A stretch of 64,000 bases of DNA from a virus (IMGVR_UViG_2595698618_000001:79136-143135); one strand, 5' to 3'; positions 46,672-55,967 are shown, counted from the first letter of the stretch. Numbers and translations: made by a program. The notes: generated from the sequence alone by a model not told the origin.

Positions 46672-46775
46672 TCCGACAATTGACGAACTCGACTTCGACT
46701 AAACGGCGACTGTCGAAAAGGCGACACGTTGATTGACGAAATAGCGACAGGTCAAGTCTTCGACAAGAAGGAAAT
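46672..46775. promoter_or_regulatory. cluster of ≥8 TCGACA / TGTCGA hexamers in a ~400-bp noncoding island (candidate origin / regulator-binding region)
   Basis: Direct reading: ccgacaat, ctcgac, ttcgact, ctgtcgaaa, gcgacac, gcgacagg, ttcgacaag. Confidence 0.35.
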
Positions 46776-47308
46776 TGTCAAAGGCTTGGCCTATTTTTCG
46801 ACCACGTTTATTTCATGATGAAAGTGTCAGAAATCATGGAAGCGGCATGAGGAGTCTTATGGTATATAAAGATTGCGCCGAGCGCCGACCTCGCAAGAGT
46901 TAAGTAGTCACCCCTCCTACTAAGAGTATGAACACCTTAGACAAGATGGAGGCCGCGTTGAATCGCCAATTGGAAAAAGTGGGCGAGCATTCGGCAAGTC
47001 TTGAGCCACGGGTTAGGGGATGACAGCACCACACTACCTATCATATGATGCACCCCTATGGAGAGTATCCACTATCATATGACTACCACATATACAAAAC
47101 TCTCCCAAGGGAACCCTTTCGGGATACCCGTCACCCCTTCCAAGCCTTGTATAATATATGGGGCTACAGGTACTTAAGTCTTTCGGTCCCACGATTGACG
47201 AAGGGTATTTCGATAATTGTCTAATCGGTGGCTTTATATACCAAAAGGCTCGCCTTGCCCCGAAGGGCGAATCGACAGGTTTATAAGGATGTACCCCCTA
47301 CTATGGGT

Positions 47309-47521
47309 ATGGAAGGAAATTCCAACTCCGACGAGGAACAGGTTACGATGAAGCCCGTCTACGAGTTTACGTGGAGCGACGGTTCCACTCGGCGTACCGA
47401 CGAACTCGAAAACGACGGCCCTCACTTCCGCGAGGAGGGTGTCGAGTGTCTCGCGGCGATGGGTCGAGAAGACCCTGATTGCGAGGTGAAGATGGTTGGG
47501 CTTCAGCAGATTGGAGCCTAA
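47309..47521 (+). CDS. hypothetical protein
   Basis: agtATG inner start; degenerate copy of array repeat upstream (47225..47290). Confidence 0.45.
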   Translation: MEGNSNSDEEQVTMKPVYEFTWSDGSTRRTDELENDGPHFREEGVECLAAMGREDPDCEVKMVGLQQIGA

Positions 47522-47559
47522 CCGGAACCTTTAAGTAGTGGGAAGCCGTATCATAGTGT

Positions 47560-47841
47560 ATGGCGACTACTGCCAACAACAATTCGAGTGACGAGGTACA
47601 GTACGAACCTCTCGTGATGCTCACGGTCGAGCCTGACGGGACTGGTCGGTTCACGGTTAGCGTGGACGAGGAGGACCACAGGTTTGAAGTAGTTGCGGAA
47701 GCGGGGAGTGTCGAGATTGAGTATATCGAGACTCTGAGTTGGCGTGGACAGATTCGGACGAGCGACCCTGACGACGAGGTATACGACGTTCTGACCTCAA
47801 GTGAGGAGTTTCAGGACTTCGTGCAGGGCGTCCTCAACTAA
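47560..47841 (+). CDS. hypothetical protein
   Basis: ORF-track ORF. Confidence 0.5.
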   Translation: MATTANNNSSDEVQYEPLVMLTVEPDGTGRFTVSVDEEDHRFEVVAEAGSVEIEYIETLSWRGQIRTSDPDDEVYDVLTSSEEFQDFVQGVLN

Positions 47842-47886
47842 GGGCATACCGGAACCCTTAAGTCAATCCGGTGCGTATACAATAAT

Positions 47887-48261
47887 ATGAGTCAAGCACT
47901 ACAGTCGAGGCAGGAGCGAGCAGAGGAGATTACGTTTGAAGACATTCGCGTTATTGATAACGGCGATGGCGCGACTGTGTTCGAGGTGGATGCTGTCAAC
48001 GAGGAGGGGTATCTTCGAGAGAACCTGACCCTCATTCCGGGCATCCGTTACGAAGCGACTAAGGACGTTCGGTATCGTCACGACGAGGGTGTTATCGGGA
48101 AGTATACCCGTGCCCTCATTCGAGAGAACAGCACCGCAAGAGAGGAACTGCTGGCCTTCATCGAGGAGGAGCGCGACGAACTTCAGGAGAAGATTACGGA
48201 ACTGTCGGAGAAGGACACGCGCCTGATGGTCGCGGCAGTCGAAGCACGCGACTCGCAGTAG
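47887..48261 (+). CDS. hypothetical protein
   Basis: ORF-track ORF. Confidence 0.5.
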   Translation: MSQALQSRQERAEEITFEDIRVIDNGDGATVFEVDAVNEEGYLRENLTLIPGIRYEATKDVRYRHDEGVIGKYTRALIRENSTAREELLAFIEEERDELQEKITELSEKDTRLMVAAVEARDSQ

Positions 48262-48397
48262 GATAGGTCGAGAAACAAACACTTTTTCTGCAAGGGGAGT
48301 TACCCCTACTTAAATCTTTTCGCCACGGGGAGTCTGCCATTACTTAACTCTTACCGAAAGGTTTAAGTAGTAGCAAGCCCTCTGTAAGTACGTAATT

Positions 48398-48619
48398 ATG
48401 ACTGAAGAAAATGACCCTGCTCCGGCGATGGAACTTGATTTTGGAATTGGACGTATTTACGTAAAGGGAGACGAGGACACGTCTTTTGAAGAAGTAGTTG
48501 ATGAATTTAACCGTCAGAAGGATGATATGACTGAGACGATTCAGGAGTTGAAGGAGTTTGACTACGAGTTGCGGGAGGAGTACGATACAGAGACTCCGAG
48601 CGGTCCTTCGTTCTCGTAA
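48398..48619 (+). CDS. acidic hypothetical protein
   Basis: Promoter tTTAAGTAg 27 nt upstream. Confidence 0.5.
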   Translation: MTEENDPAPAMELDFGIGRIYVKGDEDTSFEEVVDEFNRQKDDMTETIQELKEFDYELREEYDTETPSGPSFS

Positions 48620-48788
48620 GCGACTCTCCTTTTTCGATTGGTGGAACTACGAATAACCCAATAGCGATTGCTGGAATGCCGACTACAGCGACTACGGCAA
48701 TTCCCGTCGCGCCAATTAGCGAAATGGCGACTGCGGTTCCAATTAGCGACAAGCCGACTATACCCAAGATTGCATCATAAACCTGCAT
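48507..48788 (-). CDS. membrane protein (convergently overlapping previous gene)
   Basis: Start MQVYDAIL has gcgaaaccTTTTTATAG promoter 24 nt upstream; 3' end overlaps plus-strand gene by ~110 nt. Confidence 0.35.
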   Translation of the reverse strand: MQVYDAILGIVGLSLIGTAVAISLIGATGIAVVAVVGIPAIAIGLFVVPPIEKGESLTRTKDRSESLYRTPPATRSQTPSTPESSQSYHPSDG

Positions 48789-49236
48789 ACAGTATACTAC
48801 GCGGGCCAACTATAAAAAGGTTTCGCTTTACGTACCCATAACTTATGAGTGACAGAAGCCCGTAGCGGGTTCTGCCAGAACTATGTTAGTTCTGGTCGCT
48901 CGTCAGAGCCAGCCAAATTGCGAACAGGATGACGAACAGGACTATCACCTCTACCACGGCATCACCTTCTGGTAGAGCATTCGGAGAGCGAAACGAATTT
49001 GGGGAAGGCTATGCGGCGTTAATAGGACGAGTAGTTCACCTGTTGCTTGGAGTTCGTTCATACTCATACTACGGGAGTGCCAACCTTAAACCTTTCGCAT
49101 CTACTGCCTCGACCCATACCTTTAAGTAGTAGGTGGCTCCTCATGCGAAAATTGTAAAAAGAGTTACTCTTTTGGGAAATGCCGAATATCGACAGTCGGC
49201 GGATTGGCCTTCCACGCTCGTCGGAAACGTGCGACC

Positions 49237-49485
49237 TTAATTCGACAATACGCTACGAGCCTTTTCGACAGACGGGGCTTGCTTTCCTGCACGAATGAGA
49301 ACACCTCCGTTTAACTCCTGACTGATTTCCGACAGGGGCTTGACGTATTCGTGATAGCCGTCTTTGGTCTTTTCAGCGACACGAACCTCGCCGTTAGCCG
49401 AATCGCTGATTATAGCCATAGCGACGACACCTTCGCCGTTGCCTTTGACTCCCTTGAACACGTCGAGTTTCTGGAATCCTTCCAT
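49237..49485 (-). CDS. array gene: hypothetical protein
   Basis: ATG + promoter gaaacCCTTAAGTC 22 nt upstream. Confidence 0.5.
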   Translation of the reverse strand: MEGFQKLDVFKGVKGNGEGVVAMAIISDSANGEVRVAEKTKDGYHEYVKPLSEISQELNGGVLIRAGKQAPSVEKARSVLSN

Positions 49486-49542
49486 ACTCGTAGTAGGGTA
49501 GCGACTGACTTAAGGGTTTCGATGCATTGGCTAATCGGTACA

Positions 49543-49596
49543 CTTATATACTTAAGCACTCCCCGTGCCACGAGGAGTATACCACTATAAAAAGGA
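49543..49596. repeat. array repeat copy 1 (TATA-like + palindrome CTCCCCGTGcCACGAGGAG + TATACCACTATAAAAAGG)
   Basis: Direct reading. Confidence 0.8.
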
Positions 49597-49619
49597 TTCG
49601 GTCTTACTCCGAGGTGGCC

Positions 49620-50048
49620 TTACTGGAGGAGGCCAGCCGCTTCGTCCTGCATCTCGGTATCTTCGCTCTCCTCCTCGAAGTCTTCCTCGGTGGCTCCGGC
49701 GAGGGAGAAGGGAATCTCCTGCGGGAAGTCGTCGGGGTCGGCGTCACCGTCAACGCCGAGGGTGTCTCGACTGATGTAGAGTCCCGTGACTGCGCCGGAC
49801 TCGGTTTCGTAGACGCCGTAGTTGCCAGTACCCGAACCGCTGACTGACGCGAGGTGGAGGGTCCCGGTGGCGTTCTCGGAGTTGAGAACGATGTTGAGGA
49901 ACTCGGGGGCCTCCTCTCCGAATGCCTCTCCCACGATGTAGGAGGTGCAGATGGCCTGACCCGAGGCGAGGCTCGGACTGGCGAACTCGTGCTTACCGGC
50001 GCTGGTCGTCTTCTGGTGCTGAGTCGTGATGGTGGTGTTGTCTTCCAT
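49620..50048 (-). CDS. array gene: hypothetical protein (142 aa)
   Basis: ATG + promoter. Confidence 0.5.
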   Translation of the reverse strand: MEDNTTITTQHQKTTSAGKHEFASPSLASGQAICTSYIVGEAFGEEAPEFLNIVLNSENATGTLHLASVSGSGTGNYGVYETESGAVTGLYISRDTLGVDGDADPDDFPQEIPFSLAGATEEDFEEESEDTEMQDEAAGLLQ

Positions 50049-50090
50049 TGTATTTGTATTGAGGGTCGCTATGGTTATAAGGCTTTCGAC

Positions 50091-50333
50091 TTACCGCTTG
50101 AACAGGCTGGCGAGACTCGTGGAACGCTCTGCCGGAATGTGCGCGACGAGAGTATCACCGAGGCGACGAGTCGTGGCCGTCTCCTGATACCCGTTCACGC
50201 GCATCGTCCGAAAGAAGGAACCCGCGTCCTCCTCCGAAACGGTGACACGAATCCCGTTAGCGAGGTCCGAGTCCTGAAACTCTGCCGAGTCGATACCGCT
50301 GAACGCCTTGTGAACTTCGTCTGTAGTCACCAT
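50091..50333 (-). CDS. array gene: hypothetical protein
   Basis: ATG + promoter. Confidence 0.5.
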   Translation of the reverse strand: MVTTDEVHKAFSGIDSAEFQDSDLANGIRVTVSEEDAGSFFRTMRVNGYQETATTRRLGDTLVAHIPAERSTSLASLFKR

Positions 50334-50394
50334 TGCAATCTATAGTAGGGGAGTATCTGTATTAAGTCTTTCGTCTCATCGCTTGAGCAGTAGG

Positions 50395-50445
50395 TTTATA
50401 TACTAAAACACTACTCGTGCAAGACGAGTATACACCTATAAAAGA
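50395..50445. repeat. array repeat copy 2 (variant palindrome TACTCGTgcaagACGAGTA)
   Basis: Direct reading. Confidence 0.75.
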
Positions 50446-50468
50446 GTTGTGGCCTATTCCCGAACGGC

Positions 50469-51206
50469 TTAGTGGATATGGATAGCCACGTCGGGGCCTT
50501 CGGGGTTAATACAAAGGCGACACTCGCCGCATTGAATACGCTCGTCGGCGGGGACACCTTCGCTTTGCTGGATACTGTTAGGACACCATACGGCGGAGTC
50601 CGGCTTTTCGGCGGCTTCGGGAATAGCCATAAACCGGCGGTTCCCGTAGTCAGCGAGTCCGTTACTCGCGTTAACGGTGAAGTTTTCCGCTAAGTCCCAA
50701 TTGAGTTTATGACTCGCGGAGTACGTGTAAACGTCCACGTCAACTAATTCCGCGATTCTATTCACCTTAATTATGTCGGCGTTACTCCGAAAGTCACCCG
50801 CTTCGGAAAAGCGAATACTGTCGAACGGCTTACGCTTTCGGGAATTGAGACTGTTGAAAGCCTCGGCCCACATTTCAGCCGTCATACAATCCCAAAGGTA
50901 TTCCTGACGACGACGGTACGGGAGCGTTTGGGGATAGATGTTTTCGGCTTTAGCCGCGTAACACGACTCTTTGGGAACCTGACATAAGCCAGTCTCCGAC
51001 TCGCCCGACTCGGCGGTTCCGAAATTCGGACAGTCGTGTGCGCTATTCATATTGAAGATAGCGGTCGTGTTAGTTATCTTAGTGTTCCCCGACGTAATGT
51101 AGTCGCTAAGGATAAACGACCAGTCGCGGTTTGTTTCAGCGTCGGCCATCCGCGAACGAAGGTCGTCAATTCCCGATACGTCGTCTATGTCGTAGTCGTA
51201 GGCCAT
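50469..51206 (-). CDS. array gene: hypothetical protein with C-terminal CxxC
   Basis: Track start 51293 is GTG inside repeat; ATG 51206 has cgaaacACTTATA promoter 23 nt upstream. Confidence 0.5.
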   Translation of the reverse strand: MAYDYDIDDVSGIDDLRSRMADAETNRDWSFILSDYITSGNTKITNTTAIFNMNSAHDCPNFGTAESGESETGLCQVPKESCYAAKAENIYPQTLPYRRRQEYLWDCMTAEMWAEAFNSLNSRKRKPFDSIRFSEAGDFRSNADIIKVNRIAELVDVDVYTYSASHKLNWDLAENFTVNASNGLADYGNRRFMAIPEAAEKPDSAVWCPNSIQQSEGVPADERIQCGECRLCINPEGPDVAIHIH

Positions 51207-51264
51207 ACCCTTATTTGGAGAGGTAGGCATATAAGTGTTTCGTCTCGTCAGTCGAGGGGATAGG

Positions 51265-51318
51265 CTTAAGTACCAAAAGACTCCTCGTGCCACGAGGAGT
51301 ATACCACTATAAAAAGGT
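51265..51318. repeat. array repeat copy 3 (perfect palindrome)
   Basis: Direct reading. Confidence 0.8.
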
Positions 51319-51326
51319 TCCGGCGT

Positions 51327-51578
51327 TTAGACTTCTGCGCGTCGTGCGCCTTCGGCCTTGTGGAAGTAGTCGCTTGCCAGCACATCCTCGTCCCACACGA
51401 CGACGCGGAATTGTACCGAGCCGAGTTCGGCGTCCCACGCTTCGATAGTGTAATCTGCGCCGTGCTTCATATCCTTCCAGAGTAGGCCCTGTGCGACCAT
51501 ACGCGCCTCCCACACGTTTGAGACGGGCAGTTCTACTTCGTACATCACGTCGAACACAGTATGTGCGTCCATATTCAT
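51327..51578 (-). CDS. array gene: hypothetical protein
   Basis: ATG. Confidence 0.5.
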   Translation of the reverse strand: MNMDAHTVFDVMYEVELPVSNVWEARMVAQGLLWKDMKHGADYTIEAWDAELGSVQFRVVVWDEDVLASDYFHKAEGARRAEV

Positions 51579-51603
51579 TGATAGGGTCGGGGGTACTTAT
51601 ATG

Positions 51604-51939
51604 TTACGCTTCTGCCTGAACGTCGGGTCCGTGAATCTGGACAGTAGCGGCGTAGCCGAGATTGTTCTCAAGGCCGCAATGCCAGATAGTCTTGTCAACC
51701 GGGAACTCCGGGTCACTCGGACTCGAACGCAGACCTTCGACTCGGGACAGGACTACCTCCTCTCCGTTGAGGTCGAAGTGCCAGATAGTCGTCTCACGAA
51801 CTTCACCCGTTCGGGGGTCGGCGTTGTGTTTCTCAATATCCGAACACGTCATATTGAGCGTGTCACCTTCCGTCGTCTCGATAGTCACGTCGTCGCCTTC
51901 TGCGATATTCCGAACGTCGTCTGTATGGGATTCGTCCAT
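51604..51939 (-). CDS. array gene: acidic hypothetical protein
   Basis: ATG + promoter. Confidence 0.5.
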   Translation of the reverse strand: MDESHTDDVRNIAEGDDVTIETTEGDTLNMTCSDIEKHNADPRTGEVRETTIWHFDLNGEEVVLSRVEGLRSSPSDPEFPVDKTIWHCGLENNLGYAATVQIHGPDVQAEA

Positions 51940-51996
51940 ATCTTATCATAGTTGGATACACGTATAAGTCTTTCGGCTTTCGCACGAGTCCAAGGG

Positions 51997-52047
51997 TTTA
52001 TATACAATAACGCTCCTCGTGCATGACGAGTATACGGGTATAAAAGG
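51997..52047. repeat. array repeat copy 4 (variant palindrome CTCGTgcatgACGAG)
   Basis: Direct reading. Confidence 0.75.
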
Positions 52048-52285
52048 TTGGGGTCAGTAGTCGCTCAACTCGCTCTGCTCGCTTGGCGCAGGCGGGTCGA
52101 GGTAGTAGCGCGGATTATGCTCAGTCGGTTCGTTCTCCCCGAAGTCGTGTAGTATCATTCTCCTGAATTTCCTCCATCCCGAAGCCGTATTCTTCTACAT
52201 CACGAGCGCCAATCGCGGTCTTACGGTAGCGGTTGAGTTCCATTGCAATCTATTGTATGCTGGCTATTACCTTAAAGGTGTCGAT

Positions 52286-52651
52286 TCACCACGGGGGACT
52301 CGGCGCACCTCTCGGGGCAGGAGCCGTGTATCGCTCGATGAAACGGTCGCCGTCTTCCATTTCGAGCGAGGACGGGTCTATCTCGATAGTGTTCCCGTTC
52401 ATCCCCGAATATCGCTCGTAAGCGAATACGAGTTTCTTCGGGCAGTCTTCGGCGTCTCGCGTATCGCACCACGAGGACTTCGACACGACTTCGACTAACT
52501 CGCATACGTCGCCAATCTCGGTATCGAGATAGTCGTGGCCGACCTTCCAGTAGGTTCCGAATAGCCGAATACCGTTCGGGCGAGAGTCGTCACTCGGGGG
52601 AGTTGCGTGGCTGGCGTACTGGGTTCCGGTTCCGGGTTCTGCTCCGTGCAT
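52286..52651 (-). CDS. array gene: hypothetical protein
   Basis: ATG + promoter. Confidence 0.5.
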   Translation of the reverse strand: MHGAEPGTGTQYASHATPPSDDSRPNGIRLFGTYWKVGHDYLDTEIGDVCELVEVVSKSSWCDTRDAEDCPKKLVFAYERYSGMNGNTIEIDPSSLEMEDGDRFIERYTAPAPRGAPSPPW

Positions 52652-52698
52652 ACTCTCAGTAGGGGACCTGTTGACTTAAGGCTTTCGCTATCGGTGGG

Positions 52699-52750
52699 TT
52701 TATATACCTAAACGATACTCATGCCACGAGGAGTATACCACTATAAAAGG
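52699..52750. repeat. array repeat copy 5
   Basis: Direct reading. Confidence 0.75.
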
Positions 52751-52909
52751 TTCCGCCTGAAGGCTACCGGGAGTAGGGTCCGTCGTAGTCGTCGAAGGCG
52801 GCGGCCTTCACGAACTCGGGCGCACACTCGGGACAGACGTGGCTCATCTTAGTCGTGTCGAGGTCTGTCTCTCGAAGCGGTGTGTCACACTTCGGACAGG
52901 TTCGGTCGC

Positions 52910-53176
52910 TCACTTCGTCCACCCCTTTTCGCCGTGAACGTCGTCCATCGTCTCGATGACGCTACCGGGAAGGCGTGCGCGAGATTGGGTCCAGTTGTGA
53001 GTCGGTTCGGAAACGTCGCCACGAGTCTTTAGCGACCACTTGCCCGAATCCTCGAAACGCTGAAACTCGTAGATAGAGCCAGCGTCAGTCACGACTACGA
53101 ACAGTAGCCGGTCGGGGCCGAACGACTGTTGAATCGGGTCACGGAACTCGACGGCGTGAGTCACTTCTTGTGCCAT
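52910..53176 (-). CDS. array gene: hypothetical protein
   Basis: ATG + promoter. Confidence 0.5.
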   Translation of the reverse strand: MAQEVTHAVEFRDPIQQSFGPDRLLFVVVTDAGSIYEFQRFEDSGKWSLKTRGDVSEPTHNWTQSRARLPGSVIETMDDVHGEKGWTK

Positions 53177-53224
53177 ACCCTTACTACGGGTCCCCCTATA
53201 TTAAGTCTTGCGGAATCGGTGGCT

Positions 53225-53276
53225 TTATATACCATAAGTCTCCCCTTGCCACGAGGAGTATACGGGTATAAAAAGG
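53225..53276. repeat. array repeat copy 6
   Basis: Direct reading. Confidence 0.75.
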
Positions 53277-53313
53277 TTGCGGTTACTATGAGGCTCCCCG
53301 CCGCTTAAGGGCC

Positions 53314-53619
53314 TTAGCCCTCGTACTCGAAGGTCACGACGTTTGGCGAGTTGTAGTTGTCGGTTCGCACCATCCCGAAGCGTTCTGCCAACAGGTCGAG
53401 GGCTTCGGGGAGGTTCTGGTCGATACGCACTCTGTCACACGACACCATCACGTCTCCTTCGAGACTGTAGAACTGTGCCCGGAATCCGGGGAGCGAACCC
53501 ACCGCCTCGATGAAGCGGTTATCTGCCGCGTTCGGGAGAGCGTAGGGTCCGGTGTTCTCCGAGTTGAAGGAGTCCTTGTCGTACATCGCGTGCGTCAGTC
53601 GGGCATTGTCTCGTGCCAT
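53314..53619 (-). CDS. array gene: hypothetical protein
   Basis: ATG + promoter. Confidence 0.5.
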   Translation of the reverse strand: MARDNARLTHAMYDKDSFNSENTGPYALPNAADNRFIEAVGSLPGFRAQFYSLEGDVMVSCDRVRIDQNLPEALDLLAERFGMVRTDNYNSPNVVTFEYEG

Positions 53620-53678
53620 ACTACACAGTAGGGGAGGTTCACGTATAAGTCTTTCGTGTCATTGCCTACACCCCAAGC

Positions 53679-53731
53679 CTTAAGTACCAAAAGACTCCCC
53701 TTGCCACGAGGAGTAAATCACTATAAAAAGG
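53679..53731. repeat. array repeat copy 7
   Basis: Direct reading. Confidence 0.75.
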
Positions 53732-53753
53732 TTCCCATCCGCCTCGGCTTCCG

Positions 53754-54167
53754 CTACTCCGTGCGTCCCTTTGAGGTACGGTTGGGAATCATATTCTTGT
53801 GACCCAGTTCACGGAGACTCTCGGGAGGCGTACCCACAGTCGGGCGAGTGGACTTCATCTCGAAGTCGCGCCCGGATTCGAGGAGGTACTGGATGAGTTC
53901 TCGCGTGTGCCGACGAGTGGTTGCCTCACCGCCGCCGTGGTACTCCTCCTCGAAGCGGCGTTGCGCCCAGTCAGCCCATCCGCCGAAGACGCGAATCTCG
54001 CCCTCGGGAGACACGTCAGCGATTTTGCCCCAGTTGTACGCGAGGAGCGCGAACGTCCCGTCAGGCAGTTCCGTCAGGTTCAGACTGTTCCGGTGGTTGG
54101 AACCGGGGAACGTCCGGTTCTTGAAGGCGCGTCGAATCTCGTCGTTGGTGTACGTAATTTCACTCAT
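53754..54167 (-). CDS. array gene: hypothetical protein, paralog of 56853..57266
   Basis: Shared NRT.P.S..N...L.NG..ALL.Y.W..IA.V.P.G.I pattern. Confidence 0.55.
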   Translation of the reverse strand: MSEITYTNDEIRRAFKNRTFPGSNHRNSLNLTELPDGTFALLAYNWGKIADVSPEGEIRVFGGWADWAQRRFEEEYHGGGEATTRRHTRELIQYLLESGRDFEMKSTRPTVGTPPESLRELGHKNMIPNRTSKGRTE

Positions 54168-54392
54168 TGTCTGCGTTTGTGTTATGGTTAGGGTTTGTAT
54201 TAAGTCTTTCTACTCGCCGCGAATCTCTCGCTCCATCTCGACGTAATCCCGAAACTCCTCGGGAGCCTGCTGTTCGTCTTGAGCGATACGCTGGTACTGC
54301 TCCTCATCCTCAGTCTCTTGGGTTCTTCGTCCCATACACTACAGTAGGGGACACCCTATATTAAGCCTTTCGCCTCTCGTGCAATCGGTGGC

Positions 54393-54444
54393 TTTAAGTA
54401 CCATAACACTCCCCATGCACGAGGAGTATACCACTATAAAAAGA
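54393..54444. repeat. array repeat copy 8
   Basis: Direct reading. Confidence 0.75.
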
Positions 54445-54461
54445 TTCCGCCTGCCCCTTCC

Positions 54462-54785
54462 CTACTCCCAACGCTCAACCACAGGTCCGTCAGTAGGTCC
54501 GTGGTAGAAAGCGTAGGAGAACTCATCCTTGTGGTAGTGTCGGCATTGCGGATTGTTGCAGTAATACCCAACGTCGTCTCTTTCGACAGGGCTGACGTGC
54601 CAATGTCGGAGCATCGTCGGGTGTCCACACTTCGGACAGTCGTGTTCGACTATCTGAATACGCTGGCCGCTGTCTCCGAGTCCTCGAACGAACGACACGC
54701 TATCCTTCGCTGTGCTGATAACTTCTACCGAGCGGTCTTCCTCACCGTAGTACCCTTCAATCGCGGGAGTGGCGCTTCGTGCCAT
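54462..54785 (-). CDS. array gene: zinc-finger protein (CPKCGH...CNNPQC)
   Basis: ATG + promoter. Confidence 0.5.
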   Translation of the reverse strand: MARSATPAIEGYYGEEDRSVEVISTAKDSVSFVRGLGDSGQRIQIVEHDCPKCGHPTMLRHWHVSPVERDDVGYYCNNPQCRHYHKDEFSYAFYHGPTDGPVVERWE

Positions 54786-54834
54786 ACACCTACTTGGAGA
54801 CGTACTGTATTAAGTCTTCCGGTTAACCGAAGGC

Positions 54835-54887
54835 TTTATATACCTAAACGATACTCATGCCACGAGGAGCGTAAGGGTATAAAAAGG
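54835..54887. repeat. array repeat copy 9
   Basis: Direct reading. Confidence 0.75.
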
Positions 54888-55039
54888 TTGCGTCGTTCAG
54901 ATGACGCTTTCGCCTTGCTTCTCGAAGTAGCAGACGATGGTTAATTCTTCTCGATGCTCGAAGGAAATATCCCGAGCGTTGTCGGGAATCTCTATCTTGT
55001 CACCGGAGACGACGGCCTTCCGTCGAAAGATGTATTCGG

Positions 55040-55360
55040 TCATCGTAGGTTGTGTTCGTCCACGAAGTCTTTCACGGCGACTAACTCTTGACCGAGGAAG
55101 TAGCCGTCAGCGAAGTCGTAGGCGACGGGATACTTCAAGTCCGTACCCTCGCGGTAGTCGCTCATCGAGTGATTCGACAGCGCACCGTAGAAATGCGTCT
55201 GGAAAGCCGACCACGCATCTCCCGAAAACTCGACTGCCGTATCGTCGATTACGAGAATCACGCCTCGACCGACACCGGGACGCTTTGCTACGAGAAACTC
55301 GCGGGACGAGTCTACTTCAATGGACGGGACGTGCGGGTTGATGGCTTCGTGTTCTGCCAT
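55040..55360 (-). CDS. array gene: hypothetical protein
   Basis: Start trimmed to ATG (MAEHEA) 21 nt after gcgaaaggCTTAAGTG. Confidence 0.5.
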   Translation of the reverse strand: MAEHEAINPHVPSIEVDSSREFLVAKRPGVGRGVILVIDDTAVEFSGDAWSAFQTHFYGALSNHSMSDYREGTDLKYPVAYDFADGYFLGQELVAVKDFVDEHNLR

Positions 55361-55407
55361 ACCTTTGCTACGCACCATACTCACTTAAGCCTTTCGCAAT
55401 ACGAGGG

Positions 55408-55459
55408 TTTAAGTACCAAAGACTCCCCGTGCCACGAGGAGTATACGGGTATAAAAGGT
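55408..55459. repeat. array repeat copy 10
   Basis: Direct reading. Confidence 0.75.
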
Positions 55460-55519
55460 TGCGGTCCTACTCCTTCTCGTCAGAAGGGTAGGCTATCTGA
55501 CTTAACCAGAGCCAGAATT

Positions 55520-55735
55520 TCATCGGAACAGGTACTCGTACTCTCCGAAGGGGTTTTGGCCTTCGACCTTCATTACAGCGTCCGTCTCCTCGCATATTTC
55601 ATCGAGGGTATCGAGCGGCACTTCCGAGTCTGCCGAGATTTGGACGTGAGGGCCGTAAGCGTCGTCGTACTCGATAGACGCACGCACTCCGGCAATCTGT
55701 TCCGCCTTCCGCTTGAGGTTGGTAAGAGAGGTCAT
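55520..55735 (-). CDS. array gene: hypothetical protein
   Basis: ATG. Confidence 0.45.
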   Translation of the reverse strand: MTSLTNLKRKAEQIAGVRASIEYDDAYGPHVQISADSEVPLDTLDEICEETDAVMKVEGQNPFGEYEYLFR

Positions 55736-55745
55736 CTCCGTTTAG

Positions 55746-55856
55746 TTAGAGGGACCACGACCCCTTAAGGGTTTCGATACGCCGCGCCCTTTCTTGCAGT
55801 CGCTTACACTTCTCACAATTCACGTCTCCACTCGGATGGCGTTTACAACTTGCCAT
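55746..55856 (-). CDS. array gene: zinc-binding mini-protein (36 aa)
   Basis: Track start lies in repeat (GTG); ATG 55856 has promoter ggaagACTTATTA 22 nt upstream. Confidence 0.4.
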   Translation of the reverse strand: MASCKRHPSGDVNCEKCKRLQERARRIETLKGSWSL

Positions 55857-55914
55857 ACACTCTACTACTCGCAACAGGGTAATAAGTCTTCCTACTTCGA
55901 GGCACACCAAAGGC

Positions 55915-55967
55915 TTTATATAGGTAAAGCCTCCCCGTGCCACGAGGAGTAAACCCCTATAAAAAGG
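55915..55967. repeat. array repeat copy 11
   Basis: Direct reading. Confidence 0.75.
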
